DNA of 63,452 bases, counting the filler, from Anaerolineae bacterium (GTDB lineage Bacteria; Chloroflexota; Anaerolineae; Epilineales; Epilineaceae): the NCBI GenBank assembly GCA_029262755.1. It is 5 parts of 5 records of this genome, joined end to end, with 100 filler letters (N's around TTAATTAATTAA, not from the genome) between each part and the next. Parts side by side here need not be neighbours in the genome. Positions count along the whole stretch, not along the records: positions 58,903 to 63,452 come from JAJCYU010000074.1; 4 more parts are not named here. The stretch is one strand, 5' to 3'. Position numbers and translations under genes: made by a program. Of this stretch, positions 61,315 to 63,452 are shown piece after piece (within the stretch, counting starts at the first letter, position 1; each line of letters begins with the position of its first letter). Under the pieces are notes generated by a model. That model was not told where the DNA came from and did no database searches. It saw only the letters and a list, made by a program, of their open reading frames with translations.

Positions 61315-61628
61315 CGGTCGGCTCCTCGCGGTTCGGGCGCACGGACGGGATCGGTGGGACGAGTCGTCGCGGCCGAGCGAGCGAGGGACGAAAGGCGCGG
61401 AACGGGCGACGAAGTGCGGAGGGCGAGGCGGACTGGTGCGGCGCATGAACAACGTACCAGACCTACATTAATGGCGGATCCCGGCCAGGCGCCGAGACGG
61501 CGCCGGTTGCCCGCCGAGTAGGCGCCGAGAAGCGGGCGGGAGCGGTTGTCGCGAGAGTGGTTGTCGCGAGGGAGGCATCGTTCTGCGATCGCCTTCGCGC
61601 TCGATGCCCGCCGCTGTTCTTACCCGCC

Positions 61629-63452
61629 TCAGCCGCCCCCATCACCCTCGCATACAAGCCGCAGACCCACCGTGCTATGCCGTAGCGCGGGGTGGACCGC
61701 GTAGCGGAAGGCCGCGCGGGACGTTGTCTCGCCGTCGGCCCAGGAGCCGCCGCGGGCGATGCGTAGGATGTCGGAGGGCGCGGATTGGTCTTCGCGGCCG
61801 TCGTCGGCGCGATAGGGGTAGGGGAAGTCCGGGGTGCCGTCGACACGGCCGTAGAGGCTGGTCGTCCACTCGAAGACGTTGCCCGTCAGGTCGTCGACGC
61901 CCTCCGGCGTGCGGCCATCGGGAAACACGCCGACCGGGGACGGGGCGCGTAGGTGCGCGGCGGCGAGGTTGGCGAGCAAGGGCGCCGGGGTGTCGCCCCA
62001 TGCGAAGGTGCGGCCTGCGGATCCGCGCGCCGCCGAGGCCCATTCGGCTTCCGTCGCCAGGCGTAGGGGCAGGCCCGTCGTGTCGGACAGCCAGGAGCAA
62101 TAGGCCTGCGCTTCGTACCAGCAGATGCCCACGACAGCCTGCGCGGGATGGTTGTAGGCGGCTTCGGCCCACTTGCGCGGAGCGACCTCCCGTTCGCCGG
62201 GGAACATGCCTTCCAGGGTGCGCTCGAAGGTCGGCTCGTCCATCGCGGTGAAGCGGCGCCAGTCTTCCACGGTTTCCGCGGGCATGAGGCCCTTGCGTTC
62301 CATGTCGTCGAGGGAGGTCGGATCGTCGACGAAGCGTTGGCGCCAGGCGCGCCAGTTGTGCTTCTGGCCCTCCGTCACGCCCTCGCCGCGCCGCCACGCT
62401 TGCGCGACGTCGCCGTCCCACCATCGCTCTTCTTCGTAGCCGCCGGCGTCCATGAAGCAACGCCACTCCGCGTTGGTCACGGGGAAGCGGGCGATGCGGA
62501 ATCCGGCGACCTCCACGTCGTGCTGCGGCTGTTGGTCCGGGCGTGCGTCTGCTTCGTCCGCCGCGACGCCCATGCGCGCGATCCGCGTTGGAATCTCGAT
62601 CCACGGTGGGAGCAGCGTAGGCGCATCGCCCTCGGACGGCGCCTCGAAGCGCGGGTCGCCCAGGCTACCCAGGGCGCGGGCCGCGGCGATTCGCGACCGG
62701 ACGTCGGCGGCTGGATCCTCCGCGCGCTCCGCCAGCGACGCGGCGAGCGACGTGACGAGATCGGCGGGCAGGCGCTCCGCCAGCTCCGGCTCCGCGCTGC
62801 AGCGTCCCGCGAGCGGCAGGTCGTGCTCGACGAGCGCGGCGATCACCGTATCCGGCGCGTCCGACATCACCGCAGCCAGGCGCGTCGTCTCCTCCCAGCC
62901 GCTGGAGGGCAGCACAGGGAGCGGGTCGCCGGGATCCAGCTGCTCGATGAGGTCATCGAGCGGTGGATCCATGTCCTCGCGCCGCCACGCCTTCGCGACG
63001 CGTTCGGGTTCGGGCGCGTCCGCGAGGCGACGGGCGGCAAAGTACTCCTGGAGCAGCTGGTGGTAGAAGAGCACCTCGTCGTGATCGACGTCCTCGTCCA
63101 ACACGGACAACGCGACGCCGGCGCGGACGATGTCCTCGTCGCGCTCATGGTCTAGGAGGTCGAGGGCGTCGTCGAAGGCGACGCGAACCTGAAGGCCCTC
63201 GCTGGCCGGGGCGTCGGCCTGCATGCCGTAGGCGAGGCGTTCCAGACCGGGGATCAGGGCACCGCGTGAGGGAAGTTCCCATGCTTTGCGCCAGCTGCGG
63301 GCTTGGGTGAGCCGGCGGCTGTCGCGCGGGCTGATCAGCTCCGCGTCCTGGAACAGGGGCAGACCGCGCTCGAGCTCGCGGCGCATGGTCTGGCGCACGA
63401 AGCCGGTGAAGAGCGATGCCCGGCCGAGCGGAACCTCGCCGGTTTCGGCGAC
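61629..63452 (-). CDS. STAND/NACHT-associated helical region + HEAT + FGE-sulfatase (SUMF1/CLec-fold) protein, 5' part outside the window
   Basis: FYHQLLQEYFAA, WEE, RIAAARALGSLGDPRF, FPVTNAEW, WYEAQAYCSWL, RLATEAEW, DLTGNVFEW, RGGSW, GLRLV; frame open to 63452. Confidence 0.88.
   Translation of the reverse strand, partial: VAETGEVPLGRASLFTGFVRQTMRRELERGLPLFQDAELISPRDSRRLTQARSWRKAWELPSRGALIPGLERLAYGMQADAPASEGLQVRVAFDDALDLLDHERDEDIVRAGVALSVLDEDVDHDEVLFYHQLLQEYFAARRLADAPEPERVAKAWRREDMDPPLDDLIEQLDPGDPLPVLPSSGWEETTRLAAVMSDAPDTVIAALVEHDLPLAGRCSAEPELAERLPADLVTSLAASLAERAEDPAADVRSRIAAARALGSLGDPRFEAPSEGDAPTLLPPWIEIPTRIARMGVAADEADARPDQQPQHDVEVAGFRIARFPVTNAEWRCFMDAGGYEEERWWDGDVAQAWRRGEGVTEGQKHNWRAWRQRFVDDPTSLDDMERKGLMPAETVEDWRRFTAMDEPTFERTLEGMFPGEREVAPRKWAEAAYNHPAQAVVGICWYEAQAYCSWLSDTTGLPLRLATEAEWASAARGSAGRTFAWGDTPAPLLANLAAAHLRAPSPVGVFPDGRTPEGVDDLTGNVFEWTTSLYGRVDGTPDFPYPYRADDGREDQSAPSDILRIARGGSWADGETTSRAAFRYAVHPALRHSTVGLRLVCEGDGGG

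Noticed and set aside
61629..61800. Possible DGR variable region at the FGE domain C-terminus
   Set aside because: No template repeat, reverse transcriptase or avd gene was seen in the window; cannot be excluded elsewhere in the genome

Overview
This window is not one locus. It joins five contigs with four artificial 100-nt spacers (44 N + TTAATTAATTAA + 44 N). Contig 1 (1-2607) is AT-rich and looks like a different organism. It carries a B12-binding radical SAM gene, a NapG/MauM-like ferredoxin and an Mrp/ApbC Fe-S carrier interrupted by an in-frame TAG. Contigs 2-5 (2708-63452) are very GC-rich and look like a Chloroflexota (Anaerolineae/Ardenticatenia-like) genome; this is an inference from gene content. 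They hold housekeeping genes (mutL, ino1, aroF, fdhD, rlmH, nuoB, iscS, gltX, ltaE, rodA/ftsW, an RsmB/F methylase, tRNA-Asp), a pbpC + alpha-2-macroglobulin pair, and an mvk-ipk-decarboxylase cluster typical of the phosphomevalonate-decarboxylase/IPK mevalonate route. They also hold an ECF sigma/anti-sigma pair, several large exported proteins (NHL-vWA, YfbK-like vWA, GH9, clan-A GH + LVIVD) and the 3' part of a STAND/NACHT-FGE protein. I found no CRISPR array, transposase, integrase, reverse transcriptase or rRNA. The best leads for unexplained biology are: a short IYLP-like terminal motif beside Pro/Thr linkers on exported proteins (possible lineage-specific surface-targeting signal); recurring leaderless-type -10 boxes 6-8 nt before start codons; a LexA-type box in the DUF1761-fmdE promoter; the amber codon in mrp; and a 48-bp tandem repeat at a contig end. 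All product calls come from motif recognition by eye; no searches were run.
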